Assembly: GCA_030141605.1 (NCBI GenBank)
Contig: JAQGDQ010000100.1
Location: 1 to 64,000, forward strand
Direction: 5' to 3'
DNA from: Tubiluchus corallicola
Lineage: Eukaryota > Animalia > Priapulida
Length of the DNA stretch: 64,000 nt
The notes under the pieces are model-generated. The model was not told the origin of the DNA, ran no database searches, and saw nothing but the letters and a program-made list of their open reading frames with translations. The position numbers and the translations under genes are program-made. Positions 1-13,954 of this stretch are shown piece after piece; positions within the stretch are counted from its first letter, which is position 1, and the number at the start of each line of letters is the position of its first letter.

Positions 1-11
1 CGTCTTTTGGT

Positions 12-483
<472 letters not shown>

Positions 484-537
484 ACATTCGTGACAAATAA
501 AGACGAAAACATGATAGAATTGCACAATCCTTTCACA

Positions 538-1074
538 CCTGGGCCCAATTTCACAAAGCTGTCACTGACTTAACGACGTTAATAGTTAAGTGAATGTAAT
601 AACGACGTCTGGTCCAGTTTGTTCAACTACTAACTTCTTGTAACACTCATTAAGTTTACCGGTTTTGATCTTGGATTAAGAAAAACGATTTTAGTGTATG
701 ACATTGTTCGTCGCCATGACATCTTCATCAGGAGTGACTACAATAGAAAGCGAACAATGATAGATCCAGTATTTACAGAAACATTGTCAAAGTGACGACG
801 ACGATGAAGGACGATGATAAATTTCTCGATTCTTCAGCACAAAAAGCTTCAAATGGCGAGCACATTCAGTTGCAATTTTCCCAAATGGACCAAGTAATTA
901 AGTTTAGGAGGATCTAATTCCGGCGTCAAATTTCATGCTTAGCCAAACTGGTCGATCGACTCAATAAATACGTCAGTTGCGATTTACAATTGCTGTATAA
1001 ATACTATACTAGAGTAAGACTGTTATTAGGGCCTACTTTCACTCACTACTACGTATACCATATGAAACTGGGTT
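538..1074. mobile_element. Possible degenerate non-autonomous DNA transposon (MITE)
   Basis: Left end GGGCCCAATTTCACAAAG (541) and right end TATGAAACTGGG (1061-1072) are imperfect reverse complements; no coding capacity. Confidence 0.3.
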
Positions 1075-1489
1075 ATCATGTGGCTGTGGCACATTTCATT
1101 GCAGCAACGTAATAATTACTAAAATTGTGGCTCTGTTCAGTATTCCCCGTGTACCACAGGGCTGTTTACCGCCTTACCGTCCACGGAGGCGCCGTGGTGT
1201 GTCCTCAGCAAGGTGTACACCGCGTACAGCAGTGGAGTGTACCTCAGCGAACTATATTGTAATTTTGTATACCTGTTGTAACTGAAAAAACTGAAATATG
1301 ATTAGGTTAAATCCCGTCGTCACTTTAAATAAGCTTGTAGAGATAAAAAATGTTGCTTTTAACACTGCAGTTATCAGACACAATGTTGTTGTCATGGCCA
1401 GAACATTTTCATTTCAATTAACCAGTTTGTGCTGCTCGAGGACTACTAGTGCGTATTCCAGAATGGCCAACAATGCCTAAGGCGACAAA

Positions 1490-1815
1490 ATTTCGTCCCA
1501 ACTAACGGCAGTACATTTATAGCCGCCAAATACCAATTTTAGAAGAAGACAGGTACATTTTTGAACAATATGAATTGACTGATATGGACTGATTGTCGAG
1601 GAAACGGGTAAGTGCAAAGATCTTAAAATCCGAATGTGGACATTCACGTGTCTATCACGTGTCAACCACGCACTTGAGTTCTAATGGTAGCAAGAGGAAA
1701 GCTTGTGTGTACCAAGCTAGTGAAATGAAGTAGTTTATTAACAGCAAAATGGCCGAGTAAAAGCGAACCGGTTGTTCTCAGCGGTGATTTCAACATAAAC
1801 TGTAATGGCGACTTG
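1490..1815 (+). mobile_element. Degenerate non-LTR retrotransposon APE endonuclease fragment
   Basis: About 1765-1803 translates EPVVLSGDFNINC (GDFN motif); stops and frameshifts nearby. Confidence 0.5.
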
Positions 1816-2249
1816 CCACGTGCGCGCCATCTTAGACAGACTCCGCGCGTTTGAGCAGTACTCGGGCTTCTTTTTTAAATTACCACGCGTACATTTCGAC
1901 GGTATTAATTTCGCTTAGCATTCTGCATGTCGCGAACTTGAAAAAGTTTCACAGTGTTTCCGGTACTATGTCGCGAACTTAATAAGCGCCCAGTCGGAAA
2001 GATGTTTCCGACACTGCAGAGCTGATAATAATTTCATAATTAGCAATTAGCAGCTCACCGGTTTGTGTAGTATATCACATTTAAGATGATTGTTAGACTC
2101 TGTGTCTAAACGTTTGACATAATTTTAAAGTTTTTAATAAAAGTTGTTTCTTTCAATAATACTATCAGTACCTGTTTAAACTGACTTGGATTTTTATGTT
2201 ATTAGCTCCGTTTTTACAAATTATGATGCAAAAAGCTAACACTAGATAT

Positions 2250-2870
2250 ATTTCGAAAAATAATCAATCAGTCACATCAAAATTTCTTAGTGCCCAAGTA
2301 GATAATAAACTCACCTGGGAACACCAAATTCAAAATATAAAACAAAAAATAGTACGTAGTACCTCCTTCTTAAATCATGTTAAACGCCATTTAACCACTC
2401 AGTAACAGTAACAGTAACAGTAACAGTAAACTATAAATACACGAATATTTACGCCTCATCTAGCATACGGCTGTCATCTACTCTCAAACATATCCATATC
2501 CAAATAATTCGAAACATGCACTTGACGTCTTAGTTGTCAATCAAAAAACACACACACAAAACGAATATTCCACTACTGCCAACCGCGAGAAACTAAGTGT
2601 ACCTACAGCTAAATCTAAGTTTAGATACCATAATTAACTATTCCTCTACAAATATATAAGCAATCTAACGCCAGCTTTAACAGAAGTCCACTACTTTTTA
2701 TTAAAGACAAACAATTAAACACATGAACCCGTAATTTTAAACAAATAAATACTAACAACAATTCGGTTTGCAAACCCGCAGGAATTAACTGGAGTGCAGC
2801 TTCACTTCGCGTAAAATCTGCTGACATCCAAAAATAGTTGAAAAGGTAGTTAAAAGAGAACATATTAATT
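2250..2870 (+). mobile_element. Degenerate CR1/L2-group LINE, ORF2 C-terminal part
   Basis: KFLSAQVDNKLTWEHQIQNIKQKI resembles KFLG..ID..L.W..HI; PHLAYGC follows near 2456-2476; interrupted by (CAGTAA)n near 2400-2430. Confidence 0.7.
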
Positions 2871-5194
2871 TACAAAAACAACCTACGCAAATAAGGCTTA
2901 TAAAAACTATATAATTATACTAGGTAGCATTTGCGCATTAAAATGAAGTATATGCTCATCTTACTAAAAAAAACTTCGTGAACAGTACTCAATCCTCACT
3001 CATCAACAATAGATTTGCACCAGATTCTGTGTGGTACTCATTTAAATTTAAGCTAAGACGATCTTATTTTATTTCAAGTAAACAGTTGCAAATTTGTTTC
3101 AAAACTTTTATCTTGTACATAGCGGAAGATTTGTAAATTTGTATTCATAATAGCATATTTAATGTTCGCTTAAATACATTAACACTCTTTTGCCTAAAGA
3201 GTTCATTTGTACGTTTACGCTGTTTTTTATCGCGCTTTTGTATTGTAATGCATACTAGTCGAAATGTGTAGCGCTTTTTGTCGAATTTGTAAAAGGTAAT
3301 CTGAAATCATCTAGTAAATTTTAATCCGTTTTGTATGTTTTTTTCTAGTGTTTTGGAAGGAACGATATTTAATTCATGTTTGTTATCCTACTATTATTAT
3401 TTTAGCTTTAGTTGTGTAAAAAATATTCTAGAACGCAACTTATCTTAATTCTTGATGCGTCCTATCTATTCCTTGCAAAAAGACGTAGTTGCATTTGACG
3501 TAGTATGCGTGCGTATAATTCGCTACTATTTTTGTTGTTGTTGCCGCTTGCTGCTACTGCTGTTACGCAAGTGTAACTTAAAATCAGTGACTCAAAGTTT
3601 CCGAAAAGAATTCGGCTGATTCAGTTGTTTGACAATGTCGAACAAAGTTTGTTACTCGGCAATATCCTGACAGCAATAGCTATGAATATGCAGATTTGGA
3701 AAGTAATAATTGGTTTCTCGTTCCTAAAGTGGAGTAGCGCTGAGTGGCTTCATTCTGTAACCACGAGATTTTGCTAGTCATTTGAATCTAGGAGGGCTGC
3801 GATAAGACATGATTGCCATTATGACTTTTCGAGAGTTTTGACAGTTAGAAGCCTCTTACCGTATTGATTTCGTAATACTTCAATCAGTCGATCAATCAAA
3901 AGAATTTGTTTAAATTATTAAAACAATTGATACATAAACAGAAAGAAAGATTTATAGCAAATACATAGTTCAAATGCTTAACTTAAAAAATAATAAATTA
4001 ACATTTTAACAATTATGGGGCCATGAAGCGTTTACAGTTTATTAAGGCCGCCAGAAATGATCTTATATAACGTAACATAATAAACGTTATATAATAAAAC
4101 GTAATAAATATTCATAGCATGCACAGATGATAAATCATTGTTAGTATATTGAAGAGAACAAAAAAGAGTTGGAAAATAAATAACGATATAATATAGATTC
4201 GTTATCATATGCATATATTATACAAATCGAACTAAACTATAGATTGAAACTAAAAAATTGACAAGTTGGTTTGACCAACTATACTGCTGGAGTAAAGAGT
4301 ATTTATACGTTCCTTCAAATTTTGAAACGGACAACAAATTTCACATTTCGGTATGCCAAATATCGATACCAAATTTTGTAGCGCTGTGAGACCCAGACCT
4401 CTAATTTAAGATACATTTTTATATCTCGTATAAACACTCTGAGTATCACTTCAAAATAAAAAATATTAATATAAACATTTACTCATTTTACATACCATCT
4501 ATTCACTTTGTCCTTCGTTCCTTTAAAATATGTGACAAACTTTTGAAGATTAATACGACAGAAAGTGAATATGACTGAATGCCCCTTGACGTTACCGTGA
4601 TATGATGAATTATGCAAATCTCGCCTAAGCGACTCGACGAAGCTTTGATGACCACTTTAAGATCAAGAAAGATTTTATATCTTCACACAGTCTTAAGCTG
4701 TGAAGATAATGTACCTCAGGAGAATTTGCCTAGTTACTACAAATGGATATTATAAAACTGTGTCTCTAGAGCATGTTTTATTGGTTCTCACGAATGCATG
4801 AATTTTAGCACAAACATCACAGACGAATTAGATTTCCTCATTAGCATTCGTTATTATGATTACCTGTTTAATAATGACGAGTGATAAACTCTTTTCCCCA
4901 AAGACATTCACAGTGTATATCACTTGGTTTTTTATTGCTTTTGAAATAAATATTACAATCTTCTGATGGTGCTTTCATATTCCTGCAGAATAAAGATTCC
5001 ATCCTTTCTCTGATCAAAATTTTGATTTTGAAAATAATTTCGGCTGTAGTATATGGCTTGTCATTTATAGAGCTGCTGAAACGCGAATAGAATCTGCTTT
5101 CAGAAATGGCCACCATTTTGTAATATAACGAATCTCTTTGCGTTAACATGGCGTAACATAAAATATCTCAATTTTCAATTTGTATGTGTTTCAG

Positions 5195-5247
5195 ATATGA
5201 ATAAAGACGGATTTTTGGAGTACAACGATTTTGAACTGGCACGAAAG
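5195..5247 (+). CDS. SCP/calexcitin-like exon (EF-hand 1)
   Basis: tttcag|AT ATG AAT...CGA AAG|gtaaat; (D)MNKDGFLEYNDFELARK. Confidence 0.88.
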
Positions 5248-5829
5248 GTAAATGTTAACCAGCTTGCCTTACGAGAAGTAAACTGCATTTTTATTACTTT
5301 GTAACGTTTTAGTTGCAGGTATTAATTATCTTAATCCTATGAAGTGTTAAGTTTCTAGCGGTAAAGCGATTTAACTATCACGATGCGTTTTAATTCAACA
5401 CAAGAACAATAGCGACATCAACAGCACCAATATCAACACTAATACCAACACCAGCACCACAAGCAAAAGCAACAGCAGCAGCAACAACAACAACAAATGC
5501 TGGTCATGATGACAGTTCCAGTCAGTACAAACACCACAAGAGCCGTCTAGAACCTCAGAGGGACAAGAACATTCATTGCGTTCATGACAAAGATCGTAAC
5601 TATAAATAGAGGCAGGAGGATTATCAGAATGATACCTAACAAGAATAACATAACTGCATTAGTAACGGAAATGATACTGACGATTATAATTATCACTACG
5701 ATGTTGGTGGCGTTAATAACGATAACGACGATGACGACGCTGATGGTTATGACGAATGATGACAATGGATATGGATAACAATGATTTTGGTACCGCAACG
5801 ACAGCGACAATGGCCATAACATAAAAGAA

Positions 5830-6010
5830 GTTCTTAAGCATAAATTTTTGTTCAAGTTTATACGCTGTAGGCGGCAACAAAATCCTCAAAGAGTTATTGA
5901 CACCACGCGCCTTTGACTCTCAGACTTGCAGGACAGTATTTTATCATTAGCAATGATTATTTCAACCATTTTCACGACAAAATAGACGTGATCTGTCAGG
6001 CACACATCCA
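5830..6010 (+). mobile_element. Short degenerate L2-like LINE fragment in an intron
   Basis: SNDYFNHFHDKIDVIC resembles the L2 ORF2 linker motif (A..F..FF..KI..IR). Confidence 0.35.
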
Positions 6011-6395
6011 ATTCACAGGAAATGATGTTATTTCTAGTGCAGCAATTTTGCTCAAAATATTGCGTATGGACCTTTAAGTGGTTAGTAGAAGCATCTATAG
6101 ACGGCGTTATTGTTTTCTCTCTAAACGTGAAGATTGTCGTTTATTGAACTGATGTGGACGATATAGCGGTTTGAAGTATCAGTCTATAACTGTTCAAATG
6201 AAAGGCAAATTTAATAATCGATCTGCACATGTTCTAAATGAATTTTCGAGTTTCCCTTAGTTGGATCTGCTTAATCTTGTATTATAAACATGACAAAAAG
6301 TGTAGTATTCCGGGGTACTTAAGAATAGCGAGTTGCACCGCGTTTTTTTCATTTAGCGAGATAATAAAATGTTGTATTTTCTTTTTTCCTTTAAG

Positions 6396-6533
6396 AAAAT
6401 CTGCAAGATTAACGGCTGGGAGGCAGGAGGAGAAAAAGACAGGCAAAGTGAAGATCTTTTCAGGGACATCTGGAGCAGTTTGAAAAGAGATGCTGACGAG
6501 AATGACGATGACAAAATAACTGCAGGAGAGTGG
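6396..6533 (+). CDS. SCP/calexcitin-like exon (EF-hand 2)
   Basis: tttaag|AAA ATC TGC...GAG TGG|gttagt; KICKINGWEAGGEKDRQSEDLFRDIWSSLKRDADENDDDKITAGEW. Confidence 0.9.
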
Positions 6534-7252
6534 GTTAGTGACTTAACTATTACACTGTAATTACATTATTAATTAACACCAGCATCCTTTAATGGAGTAG
6601 GTACTAGTACTGGTACTGGTACTAGTGTACGATTTGCTGGATACGAGAAAAAATTACAGACTTAACTGTTCTCATAAAAATTTCTTGATCACCTGTCAAC
6701 TATTTATGTACACATCTGTAGCTTGAACAACGTCAGTTTGACCAATATCGCATTACTCGAGTAATATATAAAATTCGCTTAATAATAAGCGATTTAATGA
6801 AGCTAATTGCATTCATATAACGAAAATACTTGTGTATATTTCTCACCATTTTTCACCACCTATAGTCATGCTATATTGATGTTTGCCTGTAATTTTGTCC
6901 GCCATTAATAAGTGCATCGTAAACTAGGGCCTACCCGGCCCTACCGTAGACCGCACCTCGTTAATGACGAGAAATGAATAACTTGTGAATCAATGTCCTG
7001 ACTTACAACGGGGTTCACTTGCAGGCGTAGTAGTGGCATGCTGTCGGGCAAGGAAGTAATCTAGTTTGAATAGTGCATTCTATTTCATTTGAGTTACTAT
7101 CATGCCATTACATATAATTTGGAATTCAGAATTCTGCGCATGTATCTGTAGTTTTATTCGTGCATTTTTAGGCTTTTAAGCTCTTATAGTTACAGAGTTG
7201 AAACTTGGCAAACGAAAGTTTTACCCGTAGTGTGCACTATGGTTGTTCCAAA

Positions 7253-7409
<157 letters not shown>

Positions 7410-9180
7410 CGGGGGCCTCCAGCTCCTCCACTCGCTGATTTTAAGAACAATCTTACAGGTTCGTTGGTTTCACTGAGGTAAAATTCCAAATGCACTACAC
7501 CAATATAAAATTGTAGATAGTATATTACTGATATAACGCCTCAGGTACAAGGCCTCGTGCGTTCATTTAGCGAAAATAGTGAAAAGGTCCATGTTTTTGT
7601 CAATTTGAAGGATTCTCGAGTATTGTGACATCAACCTGCATTGGTTTTATCAATAGTTTGCAAAAAACCTCTTGTATGGCCCATATAGTGGGTGTTTTCT
7701 ATCAATACTTGCTCTTAGTGCTTACAAGTAGCCTGTATCAGCTAAACACGAAAAGGACGGAAAGAGAGGGAAATTGAAAGAAAGATAGAGAGAATGGCAG
7801 CAGAACAGCAAGAAAGTCGAAAAGAAAGAAGCTATCAGTACGTAAATAGTAAATATACAGACAGTGTGCTGCCTGTGGGTGTAATATGATTAGAGAATGA
7901 CTATAGTTCTTGGGCATTTACTGTGTACATACAGTGCTATAATCACCTAATTTCGACAATTGATTTCAGCTGCACACGAGGCCTTGCAAAATGAGGCACT
8001 AGACGATTTGCGTGTTTCTTATTAATGTGCATAACACCATTTGCTCTGTAATTTGCGTGATCTGGAAATAAACTACAATAGTCCACTGGAATAGAAAGAC
8101 AAATTACTAATGTAGCTTCTACGGCAGTCGTTCTACGGCAGCTGTGTTAATAAATTGGTCATAAAATTTTGCGTTAGACATACACGCAAGTGATGCAACC
8201 CCACAAAATATTAGGTGCTGCATAAAAGTTGCGGCGGCATAAGTAAGGTATACATGTATGTTTTAATAATGCAGCTATAAAATGCAAAGGCTTCTACGGA
8301 GTAGACCTGAGAGGAGTGGGATAAGGAAGAGTGTTAGTGGAAAGGAGCGAAGCAAAATAAATGAGCAGCATAGAAAAAATTAGAGTGAAACCAAACAGAA
8401 CAGGCAGGGCTAGCAGAATGGTGTTTAACAAATCAAAGGTTGACGAAAAGAAAGCATAATATGTAGTGGAAATTGCGCAAAGTGAACATACCAGAACAGT
8501 ATGTCAATGCATACAGTTTCCCAAACACTATCACTTCTTATTCTAGTTACCTGTTTAATTTGCCAAATAGCTTATATTCTTGTAAATGCTCAAATGGCAT
8601 GTTTTTCTGCAAACAAATATTAGTTTTTGCTAATTATACTATGCACGTAATTAAAGTGGCGATGAAGTACAGAATTGCTAGCCGCACTCGTTCTCTACGG
8701 CACAATTATCACTCTATTCTTGCAATTTCGTGACTTGGTGAAATGATCTCCATTCTTGGCTGTGCCTGCTAAGTGCCTGTCTTTGTTGCAATACTCAACT
8801 TGTTAAGTGCTGACGACAGAAGAAGCGATATCAATAATTGTTGGAAAGCAGTACGGCCTGGGATTCCAGATTAGTGGTTTCACCACTAGATCAATGTGCA
8901 TTCTTACGATATCATTGAAACCCCGAAGACCGGAAATCAAAAGTTAAATTTCCTGTGTCTGCCCAATGCAGCCCAGACAAATATTTTTGTATTACTACAG
9001 TTGCTAGAGATTATCGGTACGATAATTAAGCTATATTTTATTATTCACAAGAGGCAAAAAACCTGTCTAAAATTTCTGCAACAGATAAAAATCGAAAAGC
9101 ATTCTCCCGGGGCTTCCTTGCTGAGCAAATGAAAGTTTAGAGTCTATTGAGATGAACACGTTCTTGTTATTTACTTACAG

Positions 9181-9292
9181 TTAGCCATGTGGGAAGAGTT
9201 TCATCGTGCTTGTTCTACCGAAGAGCCAAGCAAATTGCCTGTATGGTTAAATAAATACTTAGAGTACCGCTTCCATGCTTACGACAGAACTG
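9181..9292 (+). CDS. SCP/calexcitin-like exon
   Basis: ttacag|TTA GCC ATG TGG...AGA ACT G|gtaact; LAMWEEFHRACSTEEPSKLPVWLNKYLEYRFHAYDRT. Confidence 0.9.
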
Positions 9293-9338
9293 GTAACTAA
9301 TTTAAATGCAAATCTAAATTTAGATATGCATAGACACA

Positions 9339-9341
<3 letters not shown>

Positions 9342-9428
<87 letters not shown>

Positions 9429-9468
9429 CGTGCGTGTGCGTGTGCGTGTGCGTGCGTGCGTGCGTGCT
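9342..9468. repeat. (TG)n-(CG)n-(TGCG)n compound microsatellite
   Basis: Directly visible alternating purine-pyrimidine tract. Confidence 0.97.
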
Positions 9469-10680
9469 TGGGTTGGTGGGTATGTGGGTATAGACAGAAA
9501 AAGAATAATTAGAAGAACGAACTACTTAGAACCAATATCAACTAATTTGAAAAAACAAAGGAGTTTAAGCCATTATAATGTTACTTTAAAATAATTTTAT
9601 ATTGTACTAGCATCAAGGATTTCGATATTTGAGCTCATCGGCAATGGAAGAAAGGTAATATTCTGCACGAATAGTCCGTGCTTTAGTTATGCACCCCACC
9701 AACTTTAACGGTCCGTCTAATACTGAATCTAGAAATGACGGAAATGACAGACCTTTGTTTAGTAACTTGTCATCAAATTTTTGTCTAGACGCAGAAAGCC
9801 AGCTTTTGTTGGGCAACATTCGGTATTTTGCAAAGTCGTACTATAGAACCATTTGCGCGTGTATATATCAACTATATTAAGATGTTACACGCTAGAGTTG
9901 TGATTATTTTTTCACGAATTTGATAGGCAGTTAAACCCATCCGTTTCAGATTTCAAAGCTTTGTTCCGTGTACTTCCTATCTTACAGGCTTCGCAAAAAT
10001 ACAGTCTTATGCGGCAACGAATTATTCCTCCTCGTTATGAGGAAGTAATCAGCGTTCTGATAGTTAGATTATGAATTACGAGTTAAGATAGAAGACTGCA
10101 TAATTAAAAATCCTGTAACGAAATTACTATGTGGTTCTAACTTCTAAGGCTTGAAAAAGTTCGTAAGCCATACAAATGACTGGTACCAGTAATTCCTAAT
10201 CATTAGAAAGAAGTGAGTAATGGTTTTCCTAACTTAGATAGGGAATATTATCCACTAGATGGGTGTATTTATTAGATTAGTAATCCAATATACTTGGCAC
10301 AGCTAAAATGCGATGAGCTCTTGCAATATCATTGTGTCCTTCAGTGTGTCCGGAACAGCTGATTAACTCAGCTCGGTGAATTTATAAAGTTAAAAAAGTC
10401 AAGTAGGATCAGCTCCAAAAATTTCAGCTATTCAACAACTAAATGGTTATGTAACTTCATTCTCGGACGTCATTTTTATAGACCATCGTTACCATAGCTT
10501 CTATGTAACGTACAGTGTAACTGACATCGTCAACAAGCTGCTCCTCCACAAACAAACATTTTCTGTTGTCTGATTTGTTTTCCTTAAATGTTGAAGACTA
10601 CTGGACAAGTTTGACCACTAAACTGCAATTTACCTCAGGTAAATGTTTGCTAAAAAATTTTATTCTCTCTTTCTTGGCAG

Positions 10681-10778
10681 GAGATGGAGAGATAGATGGT
10701 GAAGAATTTGAATACGTTTTGTCTAATTTTGGCATTCCGGAATCCAATATCAAGAAAGCATGGAAAATACTTTCACGG
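10681..10778 (+). CDS. SCP/calexcitin-like exon (EF-hand 3)
   Basis: tggcag|GA GAT GGA GAG...TCA CGG|gtaagc; GDGEIDGEEFEYVLSNFGIPESNIKKAWKILSR. Confidence 0.9.
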
Positions 10779-11262
10779 GTAAGCTGACAAAATTTCAAGA
10801 ACTGTCTGATTGCAATTTAACAGATAAAGTCGTTTCAAAGCTATATACAGTCCTGCAAATCGTAAAAACTGAAAGTTAACAGTCGCTACGTTCGTTAGTC
10901 ACTGTAGATTGTCATTATTAATATTTTAAGATTTTTTTATCTGCAAATTGATAAAATTAACCGAAGAGGATTTCGTATATTAACCACTTCATATAATTGA
11001 CCATTAATTTAACACAAGGCTTATTTTGTTTGATTATAACCGATAAACAGTGAAATGACGTCCATTATTTCTTCGTACTATTTTTGTTTTTACTGAACAT
11101 TATGATAAAAATTTAATTTCAGACTACCATTGTAACTAATGTAAAACTAATTTAAAATGGGGAATGCAAAGCACGTTCACAGATGCTGTGCAATCGTTCT
11201 GCGGTAGATTTCGCATTGTAAGTCACTGTATTTTATTTTCAACGTTGTTAATCCATTTTTAG

Positions 11263-11403
11263 AATGGAAAAAAGAAAGTAGATTTTGATTTCTTCAGTCA
11301 GCTTGCTGTAGAGTATTACCGTTCAGATGATCCGACGGCACCAGGAAATTGCCTCACCGGAAGACTCAGCTTCGACGACATCGACTGTTGTCCAGGTTGG
11401 TGA
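11263..11403 (+). CDS. SCP/calexcitin-like terminal coding exon
   Basis: ttttag|AAT GGA AAA...GGT TGG TGA; NGKKKVDFDFFSQLAVEYYRSDDPTAPGNCLTGRLSFDDIDCCPGW*. Confidence 0.9.
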   Translation, partial: NGKKKVDFDFFSQLAVEYYRSDDPTAPGNCLTGRLSFDDIDCCPGW

Positions 11404-13954
11404 AGTTACTTTCACGTTTAGCTCAAAGAACCAGTAAGGGTAGTGAAAGTGGTAGTTAGTTACCATGTAATGCACATTGCGCCAGATATTGTTGATCTGA
11501 TAATTCATTTATTTTTGTGCATCTTTTGTTACATTAAAGTGTGAACGCAGCCTAAGTTCACTCACCCGTACGGGTTTTCCATTGATGTTCGAATATCATT
11601 TTAGGGCAAGTGGAAAGCAGAGAAGAAGAAAAGAGAAAAACGGAAAAGATTGAAAAATCAAAGACGAAAGAAAAGGACAAAAACGCTAAGAAAAAATGAA
11701 TTTTCTTATTAATTTTGTCTTATCACAAATTTTTGTGCGAACACTTATTAAAATAATTCTCGTAGGCATCTACCAAGGTCGCAGCTGAAGAATTAACGAT
11801 GTCACCTTTTGCAGAAACAGATAGAGATACGAAATTGCTGCATTCATAATGCATAATGAATATTGTGACTGCTCTCGTTAACTAGTAGGCTTGCAAAAAC
11901 AATAATTTTAAAATGAATTTTGAAAGTTCATTAATGCGTCAACTATTAGAATACGCAAACAGGTGTAATTATCTGTAATGTATTAACAGAAATTGTCAGC
12001 TAAAGCAATTGTACAGATCTACATTCTTTCTTAATATAACTAGTAAGCTCCAAAATAGCGTGACTCCAAAATATACGATAATGGTGAAGCTTGTAACAGA
12101 AATTTTAAATTAGGCGCAGATGTATTAAAATACTGTACATATTTCAGTTTTAATGTAGTTCCAAACTGGACTTCAAAAGTTATGGCAGCCTTCTTGAATT
12201 TCTATATGGTGCTTGTATTTGCAAAACTATATGACTGTAGTTATACAAATAAGCGACTGGTAAGCCCAAGTTCTGATGTCAAGAAAAGTCTTGTTGGATA
12301 TCACGCAGTGCTTTAAAGTGTTCAAGTTGGCAAGAATGCAAACATTCCTATAACTTTGTAATGATTCAAAACATTGAAAGATCAAACAACAGACATGATT
12401 ACGTATGAAAGACAACTGACATTTTTTTGATAGCTGAAATGGCCTATATGCACGAGTACAAACGATCTCTTATTTTCGAAATCAATAGAGCACATAAAAA
12501 TGAAATGTCAACGTACGTACAAAAAAGTTGAAACAGCGACAAAAGTGTCTTACACAGTTGTGGGTTTGATACACTGAAACTGGTTCAAGTCACCCATTTA
12601 CGGTGAGAAAAAAATCGCATTTATTAACTTTCATATGTAATGATTCATTGGGGACAACTCTGTCAGCTAATTTACAGCTCATGCAAATCTGACAAAGTGA
12701 GTTTAATCTGATTGCCCCAACGCACGGTATTGTGGGATGTGAAAAAAACATAGAAATGGTTGTTCGCTGCTGTTAATTTAAAAATTAATATTAACACTTC
12801 ACAGCAAAATCTCTGACTTTTTGACTATCAAACCAAGGTGTAGGCTGTTTGCTGCAACCGTGCAGCTACTTATTTGGTGCATGCACATTACAAAAAAGCG
12901 TAGTGCCTTTGTGCTAATACGGTCGACATACTGAAATTCAAGATCTTTGCCAAAAAATTTTATATCCAGTTTAGTAGTACATCAAAAATTGAAATATTTT
13001 AGCACAATTGTCTTCAGTTTCATGTTTCTTCACAAAATACACGATTTTAGTTCAGCTGTCTTTTTACCTAAATAGATTATTTTAGTTTTTAGTTTACGAT
13101 GACATATATCCAGTGCCTGATTTAAATGAAAAGACATTAGCAAGCTACTCCATTTTCGAGGCTTCTTCCAATCCTCAACTGCGCCGCCTAGACGGACATT
13201 GGAAGAGTGTCATAAGCAAAATTAGGTTAAACCGCGTTAGACGACGGTTGATTAAAATTCTGCAATTCGCAATCTTCCCTCTAAATGACAAAATGTGTTA
13301 TTGCTAAATACAGTAGGCATACTGCAAAATAACTAAAATTTGCACTGTGAGAAACAGTTGCAGAAAACCGAGCTTCGTAAACATTTTGTGAAATAAACGG
13401 CAATTTTTACGAAAATGCAGTACCATATACAGCTATGACAGTGTCAAAAATGTTATACACCTTGCCCGTATGTTCCCTAGGGCTTAGATTGTAAGGTCCG
13501 AGGCTTCAACCTGCCTAGCCTATAGGTAAATGTGGCACTGCACTTTCCTTCTTTATTATAAAAAATTAAGAAACGTCGCTTTTATTGCTGAATATGTTAA
13601 AACTTTGTTGCTGCGGCTTCTGTATCAGACATCTGTGGTGAAATTTACTAATCTCAAGTAAGAAAACAGAAAACGTTCTATTTACATTTATGGTAACTAT
13701 ACTAATATAGCACACAACTTTTTTGCACTTATTAAACCTGCTATTTTATATGCTGTGTTGTACTGCATTTGTCAGAACTTTTATAGGGTACATTTGTAAT
13801 AGATGTATGATCGAAACTTGCAAAAACTGTGTTTGTAATTGTCATCATCATTAAAGGGTCGGCACAAATTTACCCATATTGATAACAGCAGTTTGTATAA
13901 TTTTATGGAACTATAATAAAAGCAAAAAGTGGATAAAACATTATGAAAACAAGC

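Noticed and set aside
690-5190. Search for the start exon of the EF-hand gene
   Set aside because: No ATG-containing exon with a phase-1 donor and SCP-like N-terminus was found; the candidate donor near 4350 has an in-frame stop upstream
9613-9819. Minus-strand 68-aa ORF (KARTIRAEYYLSSIADELKYRNP)
   Set aside because: Only a faint resemblance to a LINE ORF2 linker; too weak to call as a gene or element
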